From assembly GCF_001652585.1 (NCBI RefSeq), contig NZ_LWLG01000005.1, forward strand, positions 1-32,000: a stretch of 32,000 nt of DNA. The letters are read 5' to 3'. Each line of letters begins with the position of its first letter. Within the stretch, counting starts at the first letter, position 1. Position numbers and translations under genes: made by a program. The notes beneath the pieces were generated by a model. The model was not told the DNA's origin. It was given only the letters and a program-made list of their open reading frames with translations, and ran no database searches. This DNA comes from Thermosulfurimonas dismutans (lineage in GTDB: Bacteria; Desulfobacterota; Thermodesulfobacteria; Thermodesulfobacteriales; Thermodesulfobacteriaceae). Shown here piece by piece: positions 15,436 through 25,632 of the stretch.

Positions 15436-16267
15436 TGCATACCCCTCCGGTTTCAGGAATAAGAAGTCCAGGCATTTCGGTAGCCCCGGGAGGGATGGGC
15501 CCCGGAGCTTTTACGGGCCGGGGAAACCTTTCCCGAAGATAAGCTATAATCGCCCCCGAACCCTGTAAAATCCGGACTCTCGGTGGTTCCTTAATCACCA
15601 AAACCGGAACCCCTTTTAAATCGAGCGATCTTAGCAACCCCAAGGCCTTCTCCCGGGGGCAGAGACTAAGATTGGCCTCTGGAATCTTTTTACAGAATTC
15701 GAGGACCTCGTGACAATGCGGACATTCAGGAGAATAGATCAGAATAAGACCGGAAGAGGACGGTCTTTCGGGAAAGGCGGAGAAGGCCACCTCTTCCAGA
15801 GGAATCAGAGAAATACTGGTGAGGTAAAAGGCGACCACTATTCCTAGAAGGGCTCCCAAAAAACCGACTACGGGATATTTAAAATGCCAAAGAACGGGCA
15901 ATGCTGATCCTACAACTCCCAGAGCCACCGCGAGACAGAAAGGACACCAGAGATGATAATCAAAAGCCTGTCTTAAAAGAAAGATAGTTTCGGCCGCAAG
16001 CCCTGAGGAGGCCAGGAGAAGAAGAAGACCTCCCAACCTCTGGCCCCGTAGAACCAAAATCAGAAGGACGGAAAAGACCGCAAAGTAACCAAGCCCCAGA
16101 AGAACCATGCTTCGATGAGAGAGACGGGCAAGCTCACCCACTATAAAACAGCTACTGAGTTCACAAAAGGCTCTGCCCTTGAAATTGAGAAGGGCCTCTA
16201 CACTCAGACCGAGAGCGAATAAAAGAGCCCATACTACTGAAAATTTCAATAAACCTCTAGAAGTCAT
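15410..16267 (-). CDS. VKOR-like five-TM domain fused to a thioredoxin-fold CPHC domain (membrane disulfide-bond oxidoreductase)
   Basis: The product is 285 aa. It has five hydrophobic segments, a loop Cys pair (FCELSSC), an intramembrane CxxC (WCPFCL) and a C-terminal soluble domain with YSPECPHCHE. This is the same architecture as I recall for cyanobacterial VKOR-Trx fusions. Confidence 0.5.
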   Translation of the reverse strand: MTSRGLLKFSVVWALLFALGLSVEALLNFKGRAFCELSSCFIVGELARLSHRSMVLLGLGYFAVFSVLLILVLRGQRLGGLLLLLASSGLAAETIFLLRQAFDYHLWCPFCLAVALGVVGSALPVLWHFKYPVVGFLGALLGIVVAFYLTSISLIPLEEVAFSAFPERPSSSGLILIYSPECPHCHEVLEFCKKIPEANLSLCPREKALGLLRSLDLKGVPVLVIKEPPRVRILQGSGAIIAYLRERFPRPVKAPGPIPPGATEMPGLLIPETGGVCSELQPKCN

Positions 16268-16342
16268 TTTGATTTCCCTTGCAAGATTAAAAATTATAAA
16301 TTAAGAATCCTAAGTTAAAAAGTCCAGAAAAAGGAGGGGGTT

Positions 16343-18106
16343 ATGAAGCTTGATCCTACCAAGATGAAAGATTGGGAGATCGCAGCTGAGTGTGAAAAGA
16401 ATATGAAGACCGTCTATCAACTTGGAGAGGAGCTCGGTCTTACTAAGGAGGAGCTCCTTCCTTATGGACACTATGTAGCCAAGATCGACTACAAAAAGGT
16501 CCTTGAGCGGCTCAAAGATCGTCCGAATGGGAAATACATTGATGTCACCGCCATCACGCCTACCCCTCTGGGTGAGGGTAAATCTACCACCGCCATCGGA
16601 CTCATTCAGGGATTGGGAAAGCGCGGCAAAAAGGTCATCGGGGCTCTGCGTCAGCCATCCGGAGGCCCCACCTTTAATATTAAAGGTAGTGCCGCCGGAG
16701 GAGGACTCGCCCAGATCATTCCACTGGACAAATTCTCTTTAGGGCTTACCGGCGACATCAATGCCGTCATGAATGCCCACAATCTCGCCATGGTGGCTCT
16801 TACGGCCCGGATGCAGCACGAGGCCAATTACGACGACGAGACCCTGGCTAAGCGGGGCCTTAAGCGTCTCAACATCGATCCCAAACGGGTAGAGATGGGC
16901 TGGGTTATAGACTACTGTGCCCAGGCCCTCCGGCACATCGTAATCGGGCTCGGAGGCAAAAGGGACGGATATCCCATGGAAAGCAAGTTCTGGATCGCGG
17001 TGGCCTCCGAGGTCATGGCCATCCTGGCCGTGGCCCGGGACCTCAAAGATCTTCGGGAACGAATTGGAAAGATTGTGGTGGCCTTTGACAAATATGGCAA
17101 CCCCATCACCACCGAAGACCTCGAGGTGGCCGGAGCTATGACCGCCTGGTTGGTAGAAGCCATCAACCCCAACATGATCCAGACCTTAGAAGGACAGCCG
17201 GTCCTGATCCACGCCGGGCCGTTTGCCAATATCGCTATCGGTCAGTCCTCCATCATAGCGGATTACGTAGCCCTCAAGCTTGCGGACTACAACGTCACCG
17301 AATCCGGTTTCGCGGCTGATATCGGTTTCGAGAAGTTCTGGAACATCAAGTGTCGGCTCTCAGGACTGACTCCGGACTGCGTAGTGGTAGTGGCCACCAT
17401 ACGGGCCCTCAAGTGCCACGGAGGTGCTCCGATTCCTCCTCCGGGCAAACCTATTCCCAAAGAGTACTTCGAGGAAAACTTGGAATGGGTGGAGAAAGGG
17501 TGCGAAAACCTCATGCACTGTGTGAACATCGTAAAGAAGAGCGGCGCCACTCCGGTGGTCTGTATCAACGCCTTCCACACCGACACCAAGGACGAGATCA
17601 ACCTGGTCAAACGCATCTGTGAGGAACACGGCGTGCGGGCGGCCATCTCCGAACACTGGCTCAAGGGCGGCGAAGGAGCCCTTGAACTGGCGGACGCCGT
17701 AGTAGATGCTTGTGAGGAAAAGAGTGAGTTTAAGTTCCTCTACGAACTCGATGAGCCGGTGAAGACCCGTATCGAAAAGATAGCTACCGAGGTCTATGGG
17801 GCCGACGGTGTGGTGTATCTCCCCGCCGCGGAAGAGAAAATCAAACTCATCGAAGCCGATCCCGAACTTCGCCAGATGCCCATCTGCATGGTGAAGACCC
17901 ACCTCTCCCTCTCCGATAATCCCAATCTCAAAGGCGTACCCAAGGGGTGGCAGCTCCGCGTGCGCGACGTGCTGATCTATCGCGGTTCGGGATTTATCGT
18001 CCCGGTAGCCGGCGACATCAGCCTCATGCCCGGAACCGGTTCAGACCCGGCTTACCGTCGCATTGATGTAGACGTGGAAACCGGAAAGGTAAAGGGCCTC
18101 TTCTAA
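16343..18106 (+). CDS. fhs: Formate-tetrahydrofolate ligase
   Basis: The product is 587 aa. The P-loop region [12 protein letters not shown] and the whole-length pattern are typical of Fhs. The RBS is AAGGAGGGGG. Confidence 0.95.
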   Translation: MKLDPTKMKDWEIAAECEKNMKTVYQLGEELGLTKEELLPYGHYVAKIDYKKVLERLKDRPNGKYIDVTAITPTPLGEGKSTTAIGLIQGLGKRGKKVIGALRQPSGGPTFNIKGSAAGGGLAQIIPLDKFSLGLTGDINAVMNAHNLAMVALTARMQHEANYDDETLAKRGLKRLNIDPKRVEMGWVIDYCAQALRHIVIGLGGKRDGYPMESKFWIAVASEVMAILAVARDLKDLRERIGKIVVAFDKYGNPITTEDLEVAGAMTAWLVEAINPNMIQTLEGQPVLIHAGPFANIAIGQSSIIADYVALKLADYNVTESGFAADIGFEKFWNIKCRLSGLTPDCVVVVATIRALKCHGGAPIPPPGKPIPKEYFEENLEWVEKGCENLMHCVNIVKKSGATPVVCINAFHTDTKDEINLVKRICEEHGVRAAISEHWLKGGEGALELADAVVDACEEKSEFKFLYELDEPVKTRIEKIATEVYGADGVVYLPAAEEKIKLIEADPELRQMPICMVKTHLSLSDNPNLKGVPKGWQLRVRDVLIYRGSGFIVPVAGDISLMPGTGSDPAYRRIDVDVETGKVKGLF

Positions 18107-18121
18107 ATGAGGAGAAACGTT

Positions 18122-18148
18122 CCGGCCGGGGAGAAATTCCTCGGCCGG
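18122..18148 (+). terminator. Strong GC hairpin after fhs (possible terminator or mRNA stabiliser)
   Basis: The sequence CCGGCCGGGGA-GAAAT-TCCTCGGCCGG forms an ~11-bp stem starting 16 nt after the fhs stop. The trailing T tract is weak (GCTTTC), so termination efficiency is uncertain. Confidence 0.35.
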
Positions 18149-18272
18149 GCTTTCAAACCTTCAGTAAGGTACCCGAAAATTTTACAAAAGTATCATTAGT
18201 TACGATCACAATCAGATTGGCATGTATCTTGCTAACGTTAGTGTCTTTCGAAAGGACACAAGGAGGTAAAGT

Positions 18273-19175
18273 ATGGCGGCCAAAATCATAAGCGGCAAAG
18301 AAATCTCCAAAGAAATCCGGGAAGAGCTTAAAAAAGAGGTCCAGGAACTCAAGGAAAAACATGGTGTTACTCCGGGGTTGGTAACCATCTTGGTAGGCAA
18401 CAATCCGGCTTCGGTCTCCTATGTGACGGCCAAGCAAAAGGCCGCGCACGATCTAGGTTTTTATTCCGTTCAGGACAATCAACCTGAAGATATTAGTGAA
18501 GAGGCCCTACTGGATCTCATCAAAAAATACAACGAGGATCCTAAGATCCACGGTATTCTGGTGCAGCTTCCACTTCCTAAGCACATCGACGAGCGCAAGG
18601 TCATCTATGCCATCGATCCTCGAAAGGACGTAGACGGTTTCCATCCGGTAAATGTAGGTAAGATGGTGATCGGCGAGCCTTGCTTTTTGCCCTGCACTCC
18701 GCACGGCATATTGGTCATGCTCGAGCGGGCTGGAGTGGAAGTGGATGGAGCCGAGGTGGTGGTCGTTGGTCGGAGCAACATCGTGGGCAAACCGGTTGCC
18801 AACCTGCTTCTTCAGAAGCGGAAACCGGTAGGCAATGCCACGGTCACGGTCTGTCATACCGGAACGCGAGACATGGCCTTTCATACTCGGAGGGCCGACA
18901 TCCTGATCGTGGCGGCGGGGCGCCCTAAGGTCGTTACAGCGGACATGGTTAAAGAAGGGGTGGTGGTGATTGACGTCGGAGTAAATCGTATAGGAACCAC
19001 TCCGGAAGGCAAGGCCATCCTCTGTGGAGACGTGGATTTTGAGAGTGTCAAGGAGAAGGCCGCGGCCATTACCCCGGTTCCCGGTGGGGTAGGCCCCATG
19101 ACCATCACCATGCTCATGAAAAATACCGTGGAGGCAGCCAAGCTCTGGGCAGGACTTCCCTGTGAGGTGGCTTAG
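18273..19175 (+). CDS. folD: Bifunctional 5,10-methylene-THF dehydrogenase / 5,10-methenyl-THF cyclohydrolase
   Basis: The product is 300 aa. The motifs PGLVTILVGNNPASVSYV, GILVQLPLP, VVVVGRSNIVGKP and PVPGGVGPMT are canonical FolD. Confidence 0.95.
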   Translation: MAAKIISGKEISKEIREELKKEVQELKEKHGVTPGLVTILVGNNPASVSYVTAKQKAAHDLGFYSVQDNQPEDISEEALLDLIKKYNEDPKIHGILVQLPLPKHIDERKVIYAIDPRKDVDGFHPVNVGKMVIGEPCFLPCTPHGILVMLERAGVEVDGAEVVVVGRSNIVGKPVANLLLQKRKPVGNATVTVCHTGTRDMAFHTRRADILIVAAGRPKVVTADMVKEGVVVIDVGVNRIGTTPEGKAILCGDVDFESVKEKAAAITPVPGGVGPMTITMLMKNTVEAAKLWAGLPCEVA

Positions 19176-19221
19176 GTATAAATTTCAAAATTGAAATCAA
19201 TCTAAAGTTAGGAGGATTTTA

Positions 19222-21264
19222 ATGGATCCCAGGGCAAGAATGAAGGGTAAGAGGACGCCTAAAGTCCAGAACAAGACGGCTCAGGTTATTTACGAAAGTC
19301 TGGGCGAGGAAATTCTTACGGCTCCGGCTCGAGTGGAACGCCGAGGGACCACGCCCTGTCTCTTTGGTAAAGGGGGTACCTGTTGTCGGGTCTGTAACAT
19401 GGGCCCATGTCAGGTGGTGGAGGGCGTGGAAGAACTTAAAGGCGTCTGCGGAGCTAGTGCGGCTACGGTAGTGGCCCGGAACTTCGGACGTATGGTGGCC
19501 AGCGGTGGCTCAGCTCACTCGGATCATGGCCGGCAGGTGGCTATTGATTTTTATGAAACCGTTCATGGTGAGACGCCTTTTGAGGTCAAAGACAAACGCA
19601 AGTTGCGGGTGGTAGCTCAGGCTCTGGGAGTCGATCCCAATCAGGAAGAACCGGAACTTCTGAAACAGATAGCTGAGGTTGCTTTGAGGGTTTTTAACCA
19701 GCAGGAAGGTGAAATCCCCTTTATACGTCGGGCACCGGAGAAGAGGCAGGCCCTCTGGCGTGAGCTGGGGGTGGTGCCTCGGGGGGTAGATCGCGAGGTG
19801 GTAGAACTTCTCCACCGGACTACCATTGGTGTGGATCAAGACTACCGGAATATCCTTATGGCCTGTGCCCGCACGGCTCTGGCCGATGGCTGGGGCGGCT
19901 CTATGATCGCCACCGAGCTCCAAGACTTACTATTTGGCAATCCTGGGCCTATCAAGGCCAAAGTCAACATCGGCCTAAGCGTCATTAGGGAAGACATGGT
20001 GAACGTGGCCGTGCACGGGCACGAACCAGTTCTGGCCGAGGCTCTGGCCATGGCGGCTAGCGATCCCGAGATCGTGGAAGAGGCCAAGAAAGTTGGGGCG
20101 AAAGGCGTAAATCTCGCCGGTATCTGTTGCACTGGGAACGAGATCCTCATGCGACGCGGTATTCCGGTAGCCGGAAGCTTTTTACAGCAGGAAGCGGCCA
20201 TTGCTACCGGGGCTCTTGAGGCCGTAGTGGTGGATGTCCAGTGTATCATGCAGAACGTGGTCGAGATCGCCAAACACTTCCACACCGCGGTCATCACCAC
20301 CAATCCTCGGGCCAAGATGGAAGGTGGTATTCACTTGGAATTCGACGCCCGCAAGGCCCTTGATTGCGCCAAGGCCATCCTGCGGGAGGCCATCGCTAGA
20401 TTTCCGAAGCGGGATAAATCTAAGGTCAATATTCCGGATCATACCGTGGATGTGGTGGTGGGCTTCAGTCACGAGACTATCCTTTATATGTTAGGGGGAC
20501 GTTTCCGGGCTTCCTACAAGCCTTTAAACGAGAACATCATCAACGGTAAAATCCTCGGTGTGGCAGCCATCGTAGGTTGCGACAACTATAGGGTAACCGA
20601 AGAAATCCAGGTTGAACTGGCCAAGGAACTCATCGCCAACAATGTGCTGGTGCTCACCACCGGTTGCGCGGCTACTGGGCTTGGACGGGCCGGTTTATTG
20701 CGGCCTGAGGCCGCGGAATTAGCCGGAGACAGCCTCAGAGAGGTGCTTGAGGCCGTAGGCTGTCCTCCAGTGCTTCACATGGGCTCTTGCGTGGACAACA
20801 GCCGTATTTTGGTGGCGGCCAGCGAAATGGTCCACACCGGTGGCCTGGGAGAAGACGTAAATGAACTTCCGGTGGTGGGGTGTGCGCCTCAGTGGATGAG
20901 CGAAAAGGCCATTACCATCGGTCAGTATTTCGTGGCTTCCGGGGCTACCGTGGTCTTCGGTCCGGATTTTCCGACCCTACAGAGCCAAGTGGCTACGGAC
21001 TTTCTCTTCCATGAGATGGAGAAGATCTTCGGAGCCGCCTGGCGAGTGGCCAGAACCGCGGAAGAATTTGCCTCCATTATGATCGATCATATCAAAAACA
21101 AGCGCAAGGCCCTGGGTATCGACAAACCCAAACCCAGAGTGCTCTTCGATATGGCCATGCGTCGGGCCCTTGAGAGCCCGAAGGTCACCAGTCCTTTCCA
21201 CGGACTGGGCTGTTTTGGACCACTTAGTCTAAAGGTGAATCCGGAAGAAGAAAAGGCGGCTTAA
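19222..21264 (+). CDS. acsA: Ni-Fe carbon monoxide dehydrogenase catalytic subunit
   Basis: The product is 680 aa. The N-terminal Cys motifs [19 protein letters not shown] supply the D/B-cluster ligands, and later motifs include HGHEP and GICCTGNE. It lies in a cluster with acsB, acsC and acsD. Confidence 0.9.
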   Translation: MDPRARMKGKRTPKVQNKTAQVIYESLGEEILTAPARVERRGTTPCLFGKGGTCCRVCNMGPCQVVEGVEELKGVCGASAATVVARNFGRMVASGGSAHSDHGRQVAIDFYETVHGETPFEVKDKRKLRVVAQALGVDPNQEEPELLKQIAEVALRVFNQQEGEIPFIRRAPEKRQALWRELGVVPRGVDREVVELLHRTTIGVDQDYRNILMACARTALADGWGGSMIATELQDLLFGNPGPIKAKVNIGLSVIREDMVNVAVHGHEPVLAEALAMAASDPEIVEEAKKVGAKGVNLAGICCTGNEILMRRGIPVAGSFLQQEAAIATGALEAVVVDVQCIMQNVVEIAKHFHTAVITTNPRAKMEGGIHLEFDARKALDCAKAILREAIARFPKRDKSKVNIPDHTVDVVVGFSHETILYMLGGRFRASYKPLNENIINGKILGVAAIVGCDNYRVTEEIQVELAKELIANNVLVLTTGCAATGLGRAGLLRPEAAELAGDSLREVLEAVGCPPVLHMGSCVDNSRILVAASEMVHTGGLGEDVNELPVVGCAPQWMSEKAITIGQYFVASGATVVFGPDFPTLQSQVATDFLFHEMEKIFGAAWRVARTAEEFASIMIDHIKNKRKALGIDKPKPRVLFDMAMRRALESPKVTSPFHGLGCFGPLSLKVNPEEEKAA

Positions 21265-21286
21265 AAATCATGGAAGGAGGCTCTTA

Positions 21287-24200
21287 ATGGCCAAGAAATC
21301 GGGAAAAGTACTCGTGGTGGGGGGAGGTATCGCCGGGATCCAGACGGCCTTGGATCTCGCAGAGCTTGGCTATTACGTCTATCTAGTGGAGAAAAAGGCC
21401 ACCATCGGGGGGGTAATGGCCAAGCTGGATAAGACCTTCCCCACCAACGACTGTAGTATCTGAATACTGGCGCCCAAAATGGTGGAGGCCGGTCGGTCTC
21501 CCAATATCGAAATCCTCACTCTGGCGGAGGTAGAAAGTCTTTCCGGAAAACCGGGAAAGTTTAAAGCAAAGGTCAAAATTCGCCCTCGCTACATCGATCC
21601 AGATAAATGCACGGCTTGTGGTCAGTGTATGCAATACTGTCCGCGTGAGGCGGTGGACGAATACAACGAACGTCTAGATTTTACTCGGGCGGCTCGCATC
21701 GACTTTCCCCAGGCCGTGCCCACGGCCTATTACATCGACGAGGACCGTTGTCTCCAGCTCAACCACGAAACTTGTATGATCTGCACTAACGTCTGCGGTC
21801 CCAAGGCCATCGACTTCAATCAGGAACCAGAGATCCGGGAGCTTGAAGTTGGAGCGGTGGTGCTCTGTCCGGGCTTCGGGAACGTTCCAGAAGAGGCCCT
21901 TACGAAATATGGTTACGGAATCTATCCCGACGTTATGACCAGTCTTGAAATCGAACGTCTCATGTGTGTTTCCGGCCCCACGGAAGGCGAAATCATACGA
22001 CCTTCGGACTTTTCTCATCCCCGAAAGATCGCCTTTCTCCAGTGCGTAGGCTCAAGGGACGTTTCTTGTGGCCGTCCTTTCTGTTCCTCGGTCTGCTGTA
22101 TGTACGCCATGAAAGAGGCCTCCATGCTAAAAGAACATGCCCCGGAGGCCGAAATCGCTCTCTTTTTCATGGACGTGCGCACCCAAGGCAAAGGCTTCGA
22201 CGCCGCCTTTGAGCGGGCGGTAGACAAATACGGGTTCCGCGTGATCAAGGCCAGGGTGCCCAAGGTAGAACAGGTGGACGGGCGTCTGGCCTTGAACTAT
22301 GTCACCGAAGAGGGCACGGTTCACCGGGAACTTTTCGATCTGGTGGTGCTCTCGGTAGGTCTTTCAGCCCCGGAAGGTGCTGAAGAGTTGGCCAAAAAGT
22401 TCGGAATTGAGCTCAATCCCTTCGGTTTTGCCAAAACCGAAGTCAAAGACCCGCTCACTGCCAAATCCGGCATATATGTGGCTGGTGCCTTCCATGGACC
22501 TAAGGACATTCCAGAAAGCGTCATGCAGGCCAGCGGTGCAGCGGCCAAGGTCTCGGAATTGCTAGCTGAGGCCCGGGGCCAGGACATGGTCGAAAAGGAG
22601 TTCCCGCCCGAGGATCAAGAACTCCTTGAGATGCCGGTGAGGGTGGGAGTCTTCGTGTGTCACTGTGGGGTAAACATTGCTGGAGTGGTGGACGTTGAGG
22701 CCGTAAGAGACTACGCCAAGTCCCTTCCTGGGGTGGTCTATGCCGAAAACGTACTCTATTCCTGCGCTCAGGACTCTCTTGAAAAACTCAAGGAGAAAAT
22801 CAAGGAACACAAACTAAACCGATTGGTGATTGCGGCCTGCAGTCCACGCACCCATGAACCCCTATTTCAGGAGACGCTGCGGGAGGCCGGGCTCAACCTG
22901 GCTTTGGTGGAAATGGCCAACATCCGAGACCAATGTTCCTGGGTGCACGCCGACGACCCTGAGAAAGCCACTCAGAAGGCTAAGGACCAAGTACGCATGG
23001 CGGTGGCCAAGGCTCGGAGATTGAAGCCACTTGAACTCCAGAAGGTCAAGGTTACGCCTTCGGCACTGGTCATCGGTGGAGGGGCTGCTGGTATGGCAGC
23101 CGCCCTTTCCATCGCGGATCAGGGCTATGAGGTACATCTTGTTGAAAAGGAGGCTGAGCTTGGAGGTCACTTGCGCCGGGTGAAATTTCTTGCTGAAGGC
23201 GAGAACCCGCAGAAGATCCTAAAGGATCTCATCACACGGGTGGAAAAACACGAAAATATTCGAGTTTACAAATCGGCTTCGGTGGAAAATATCTCGGGTT
23301 ATGTCGGAAACTTTACCTCTACTATTAAGGTCAAAGAGGGCTCAAAAGTCATAAACCACGGAGTGGTGGTGGTAGCCACCGGAGCTAAAGAACATAAACC
23401 TAGTGGATATCTTTACGGAAAGAACCGCAAGATACTCACGCAGCTTGAACTTGAGGAGAAGCTTTCGCGCGGCAAGCGTGGTTTGGGAAAGACCCGCCGG
23501 GTAGTCATGATCCAGTGTGCTGGTTCGCGGGGGGAGGAGTTGCCCCACTGTAGCAAGCTCTGTTGTCAACAAGCGGTCAAAAACGCCCTGCGTATCAAAG
23601 AGCTCTCCCCGGAGACGGAGGTTTTCATCTTCTATCGTGATATGCGAACTTACGGTTTTTATGAGGAACTTTACCGCAAAGCCCGCAACCAGGGGGTGAT
23701 CTTCCTCCGCTATGAGCCTACTCAGCGGCCCGAAGTGCTAAAGAAAGGACGAGGGATCGTGGTTCGGGGCTATGACGCCCTTCTGGGGGAAGAGATCGAG
23801 ATTCCTGCGGACCTAGTGGTGCTTTCGGTAGGCGTGGCTCCAGACAAAGAGAACCCCATCGCTCAGATCCTCAAGACCCCGATGACCGACGAGGGTTTCC
23901 TCATGGAGGCCCACGTAAAACTCCGTCCGGTGGAAGTAGCCGTAGATGGAGTTTACATCTGTGGTCTGGCCCACGGGCCCAAGCCCTTGGAGGAGACCCT
24001 GGCCCAGGCCAAGGCTGCGGCTGGCAAGGCGGTAATCCCGTTGGCCAAGGGGTTCGTAGAGGTTCCGCCGATCGTCTCTCGGGTAGAAGAAAAGAAGTGT
24101 ATCGGTTGTGGTATCTGCGCTTCCCTTTGTCCTTATAACGCCATTGAGATGGTCAAAAAGGAGAAACGCCGCAAGGCCCAAGTGATCGCAGCGGCCTGTA

Positions 24201-24352
24201 AGGGCTGTGGTGTCTGCGGTTCACACTGTCCGGTCTTCGCCATTACTCTGGGCGGCTTTACCGACGAAGCCATACTGGAACAGATCCAGGCCTTTGGACT
24301 TCCAGAGGCCGAAGAATCCAAAGAGGCTGAATTGGAAAAAGAAGCGGCTTAA
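21287..24352 (+). CDS. hdrA: HdrA-like flavoprotein, double length, with in-frame UGA (Sec) at 21461-21463
   Basis: The ATG at 21287 lies 7 nt after GGAGG and opens the same frame as track ORF 21479..24352. The translation is [71 protein letters not shown]. The UGA replaces the second Cys of the conserved HdrA DCSMC motif. A second GGGAAG dinucleotide fold and a C-terminal 2x[4Fe-4S] motif are present. Confidence 0.85.
21484..21501 (+). promoter_or_regulatory. Candidate bacterial SECIS hairpin for hdrA
   Basis: GGAGGCC-GGUC-GGUCUCC forms 7 bp including one G-U pair, and begins 20 nt after the UGA. The GGUC apical loop is the same tetranucleotide I recall from the E. coli fdhF SECIS loop. Confidence 0.5.
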
Positions 24353-24364
24353 GGAGGGGTTAGG

Positions 24365-25084
24365 ATGCAATTTGAACCCAGGATTTTAAGTTTTCTTTGC
24401 AACTGGTGTTGTTATGCAGCAGCGGATTCGGCGGGAGTGGCCCGGTTCAGTTACCCTCCGAACAACCGGGTCATCCGGATTATGTGTACTGGCAGGATGG
24501 ATCCCCAGTTCGTAGTAGAGGCCTTTTATGTTCGTGCTGACGGCGTTTTCGTAGGCGGGTGACACTTGGGAGAGTGCCATTACCAGTCTGGTAATTACGA
24601 AGCTCTAGTCATGGCGGAGACCGTAAGGCGAATCTTGGATACAGTGGGTATCAACCGGGAGCGTTTTACTATCGACTGGGCCTCCGCGGCGGAAGGCCCC
24701 CGTTTCGTAAAGCTTTTGACTGAATTCACTGAAAAAATAAAGACTATGGGCCCTCTGGGCGAGGCCGAGGGCTTGGATTGGGAAACCCTCAAGTTCCGGC
24801 TTGAAGCCGCTCGCAATCTCTGTAAAAATATGCAATTTCGAGCCCAGTACGGTAATCTGGCCAAAGAGATAAAGAAGTTGGGAGACTATAGTCCGGAGAA
24901 CATCTCCCAGGCGATAGAAAAGAAACTGGTGCCCCAGATAAGGAAGAGAATCTTCGAGGCCGAGCTCAAGGAACTTATAGCTCAGGGTCCCCAGGCGGTG
25001 GAAGTCCTCAGGGAGAAGACCGGGGCTACGGAAGAAGAAATCGGGGCCATTCTTGAAACCCTGAAAAAGAAGGAGAAAAAGTGA
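24365..25084 (+). CDS. mvhD: MvhD-family (methyl-viologen-reducing hydrogenase delta subunit-like) protein with in-frame UGA (Sec) at 24560-24562 and a C-terminal extension
   Basis: Track ORFs 24365..24562 and 24566..25084 are in the same frame and are separated only by TGA-CAC. The joined sequence reads ...ADGVFVGG-U-HLGECHYQSGNY..., against the MvhD consensus GGCHxGDCHY. The N-terminal FLCNWCCYAAADSAG is a typical MvhD motif. Confidence 0.8.
24579..24595 (+). promoter_or_regulatory. Candidate SECIS hairpin for mvhD
   Basis: AUUACC-AGUCU-GGUAAU forms 6-7 perfect bp with a loop containing GU. It begins 16 nt after the last base of the UGA. Confidence 0.45.
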
Positions 25085-25626
25085 TGGAACTTACGGTAGA
25101 AAAAAACTGGGTTTCCGAGGTCAAGAGTCTTCCCGAGACTTTGGCTCAGTGTTTTCGGTGTGGGGCTTGCTCGGGAATCTGTCCAGTAAAGCGCATCCGT
25201 AAAGACTTCGATCCTCGTGTGATTGTCCATGCCACCATCTTAGGGATAAAAGACAAGCTCTTTGGTACGCCTATCCTTTGGCACTGCTCTCAGTGTCAGA
25301 GCTGTGTGCCGGTGTGCCCCATGGAGGTAAAGCCGGCTGAGGTTATCAAAGCCCTGAGGGACTATGCCCTTAAAGAAGGCCTGGCCAGCGAGGAGACCCT
25401 CTTTGAGGCCGGAAGATTGGCCAGGGTCAATCCTAAAAAGTGCATTGTATGTCTCACCTGTGTGCGGGTGTGCCCCTTCGGGGCGCCAAGCATCAAAGAC
25501 GAAGGTTATGCGGTTATCGATCCGGCCAAGTGTCACGCCTGCGGTATTTGTGTGCAAGAATGTCCGGCCCGGGCCATAGAGCTTCATCCCGCGGCCGAAT
25601 TTGCCACTTACAAATGGGGGGTTTAG
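25084..25626 (+). CDS. Four-cluster-motif 4Fe-4S protein (HdrC-like N-terminal half plus ferredoxin-like C-terminal half)
   Basis: The Cys motifs are CFRCGACSGICP, CSQCQSCVPVCP, CIVCLTCVRVCP and CHACGICVQECP. The ATG at 25084 overlaps the mvhD stop (TGATG). No CCG (HdrB-type) motif is present. Confidence 0.7.
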   Translation: MELTVEKNWVSEVKSLPETLAQCFRCGACSGICPVKRIRKDFDPRVIVHATILGIKDKLFGTPILWHCSQCQSCVPVCPMEVKPAEVIKALRDYALKEGLASEETLFEAGRLARVNPKKCIVCLTCVRVCPFGAPSIKDEGYAVIDPAKCHACGICVQECPARAIELHPAAEFATYKWGV

Positions 25627-25632
25627 TAAGCG

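Noticed and set aside
16268-16342. A promoter call for fhs (TTGCAA ... TAAGAAT) and the CTTGCAAG palindrome in the divergent spacer
   Set aside because: The hexamers are weak, and several alternative spacings are equally plausible in this AT-rich spacer. It is not supportable without transcription start data.
21479-24352. The track start MVEAG... as the true hdrA start, and TTG 24566 as an independent gene start
   Set aside because: Both lie in-frame downstream of a TGA at a conserved Cys position. The upstream segments encode the indispensable N-terminal HdrA and MvhD motifs and have their own strong RBS. They are better explained as the downstream halves of Sec-containing genes.
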